Positions 62,303-64,000 of a DNA stretch of 64,000 bases are shown piece after piece. The notes beneath the pieces are model-generated. The model saw only the letters and a program-made list of their open reading frames with translations. It did not search any database and was not told where the DNA came from. The position numbers were made by a program, and so were the translations under genes. Position 1 is the stretch's first letter; the number at the start of each line of letters is the position of its first letter. The DNA lies in contig JBDHRV010000001.1 of assembly GCA_039807745.1 (NCBI GenBank), positions 4,705 to 68,704 of the forward strand, given 5' to 3'. This DNA is from Burkholderiales bacterium (GTDB lineage: Bacteria; Pseudomonadota; Gammaproteobacteria; Burkholderiales; JAEUMW01).

Positions 62303-64000
62303 CAGACCACCACGTTGACGAGCCGCCCGGGCACGATCACCACCCGCTTGATCGGCTGCCCGGCGATGAAACGCTGCGCACCCGGATCGCCGAGCGCGGT
62401 GCGCTCGATCACTGCCCGGTCCGCATCCCTGGCCACACGGATATTGCCGCGCAGCTTGCCGTTGACCTGCAGCACGAGATCGATCTCGTCCTGCACGAGC
62501 GCGGTCTCGTCCACGGCGGGCCAGCCGGCGTCGAGAATGTCGCCCGCGTAGCCGAGCTCGCGCCAGAGGCCGTGGCAGATGTGCGGTGTGATCGGCGACT
62601 GCACCCGCAGCAGGATCGACAGCCCTTCGGCCACCAGTTGCGCGCGTGCCAGCGAATCCGCCCGCGGCGCTCGGTCGAGCGCATTTAGCATCTTCATGCA
62701 GGCCGAGGCCACCGTGTTGAACTGATGCCGCTCGAGGTCGTAGCTCGCCTGCTTGAGATTGAGATGTACCTCGCGACGGCAGGCGGCGAGCGCGCTGTCC
62801 GCTGCCGCGCCGGCACGGTCGCCCTCGATTGCGAGCAACGGTCGCATCGTTTCATCGAATTCGCGCGCGAACGCCCAGAGCTTCTTGAGGTAGCGCGAGG
62901 CGCCTTCCACACCGGCGTCGGACCACGCGAGCGTCTGCTCCGGCGGGCTCGTGAACATCATGAAGAAGCGCGCGGTGTCGGCGCCGTACTCGTCGATCAG
63001 CGCCTGCGGGTCGACGCCGTTGTTCTTCGACTTCGACATGGTGCCCATCCCGCCCGCCTCCACCGCGGCCCCGTCGGCGCGCAGCACGGCGCCGATGCGC
63101 TGCCCCTTGTCGTCCACCTGGGCGTCGACATCGGCAGGATTGAAGTACGCAATGCGCCCCCCATCGGTCCGGCGGAAGAAGATCTCGTTCAGCACCATGC
63201 CCTGGGTGAGCAGATTCGCGAATGGTTCGTCGAGGCGGACCAGACCGAGGTCGCGCATGACCCGCGTCCAGAATCGCGAATAGAGCAGGTGCAGGATCGC
63301 GTGCTCGATGCCGCCGATGTACTGGTCGACCGGCAACCAGTAGTCCACCGCCTCGTCGACCATGCGCTGCGACTGCTGGGGGCACGCGTAGCGCAGGAAA
63401 TACCACGACGAGTCGACGAAGGTATCCATCGTGTCGGTTTCGCGCCGGGCAAGCTGGCCGCACCGCGGGCAGGCCACGCTCACGAAGTCCGCGCGTTTGG
63501 CGAGCGGGTTGCCCGAACCGTCGGGGACGCAGTCCTCGGGCAGCACCACCGGCAGCTGATCGTCCGGCACCGGCACGTCGCCGCAGGCCTCGCAGTGGAC
63601 GATGGGGATCGGCGTGCCCCAGTAGCGCTGGCGCGAGATGCCCCAGTCGCGCAGGCGATACTGCACGCGCTTGCGCCCGAGCTGCTTTCGCTCCAGCGCC
63701 GCCGCGATGGCGTCGACCGCCTGTGCGAAATCGAGACCCGAGAACTGTCCGGAGTCGACCGTGACGCCGTAGTCGGCATAAGCATCCTGCCAGGGCGCTG
63801 CCACGCTCTCGTAGGCACCGGTCTGCGACGCGATCACCCTCCTGACCGGCAGCCCGTACTTCGTCGCGAACTCGAAATCCCGCTCGTCATGGGCGGGCAC
63901 CGCCATCACCGCGCCCTCGCCGTACCCCATCAGCACGTAGTTCGCGACCCACACCGGCAGCTTCGCGCCGGAAAGCGGATGGACGACGAAGAAGCCCGTC
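62302..64000 (-). CDS. leuS: leucyl-tRNA synthetase, C-terminal about 565 codons (N-terminus beyond the window edge)
   Basis: ...[39 protein letters not shown]...KMSKSKNN... The frame stays open to position 64000, and the ORF-track start at 63954 is an internal GTG. Confidence 0.96.
   Translation of the reverse strand, partial: TGFFVVHPLSGAKLPVWVANYVLMGYGEGAVMAVPAHDERDFEFATKYGLPVRRVIASQTGAYESVAAPWQDAYADYGVTVDSGQFSGLDFAQAVDAIAAALERKQLGRKRVQYRLRDWGISRQRYWGTPIPIVHCEACGDVPVPDDQLPVVLPEDCVPDGSGNPLAKRADFVSVACPRCGQLARRETDTMDTFVDSSWYFLRYACPQQSQRMVDEAVDYWLPVDQYIGGIEHAILHLLYSRFWTRVMRDLGLVRLDEPFANLLTQGMVLNEIFFRRTDGGRIAYFNPADVDAQVDDKGQRIGAVLRADGAAVEAGGMGTMSKSKNNGVDPQALIDEYGADTARFFMMFTSPPEQTLAWSDAGVEGASRYLKKLWAFAREFDETMRPLLAIEGDRAGAAADSALAACRREVHLNLKQASYDLERHQFNTVASACMKMLNALDRAPRADSLARAQLVAEGLSILLRVQSPITPHICHGLWRELGYAGDILDAGWPAVDETALVQDEIDLVLQVNGKLRGNIRVARDADRAVIERTALGDPGAQRFIAGQPIKRVVIVPGRLVNVVV

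Overview
High-GC (roughly two-thirds G+C by eye), very gene-dense window holding the origin-proximal core of a proteobacterial chromosome. The synteny looks betaproteobacterial (an inference from gene order, not a database hit). I call 61 protein genes and see no rRNA, tRNA, CRISPR array, IS element or phage-like block.

Left of about 19.1 kb every gene is on the minus strand: glmS, glmU, atpCDGAHFEBI, parBA, rsmG, mnmG, mnmE, yidC, yidD, rnpA, rpmH. At 19,169 the strand flips to dnaA-dnaN-gyrB, the classical replication-origin neighbourhood.

To the right come these blocks, in order:
- topB-dprA-LysM (minus), divergent from def-fmt-htpX-rsmB
- DUF4390-ntrY-ntrX
- a tkt-gap-pgk-pyk-fba carbon-metabolism cluster plus a DUF169 gene
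- the elongasome block rlpA-rodA-mrdA-mreDCB (minus)
- gatCAB
- DUF4124-pyrE
- xthA-ampG and a DsbD_2/TauE-like membrane protein
- metW-metX-lptE-leuS (leuS runs off the right edge)

Many neighbouring genes overlap by 1-4 nt (ATGA/GTGA type: atpI/atpB, rsmG/parA, mnmG/rsmG, DUF4390/ntrY, gatA/gatB, mreC/mreD, rodA/rlpA, metX/lptE, lptE/leuS), which suggests translational coupling.

I did not find an accessory island or an obviously new multi-gene system; this is ordinary core genome. The points most worth a second look are:
1. Two tandem consensus parS sites between mnmE and mnmG.
2. rnpA has no canonical start codon downstream of rpmH, while its frame stays open across the whole rpmH gene.
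3. Origin-type elements are split between two short spacers (rpmH|dnaA and dnaA|dnaN).
4. The NtrX-type regulator has degenerate Walker A and Walker B motifs.
5. A small LysM protein carries YD-like repeats next to the elongasome cluster.
6. Several strong intergenic stem-loops and palindromes.

The many long ORFs antisense to known genes are treated as high-GC artefacts. All calls rest on reading the sequence and ORF track and on motifs remembered from the named families. No searches, GC-skew calculation or folding computations were run.
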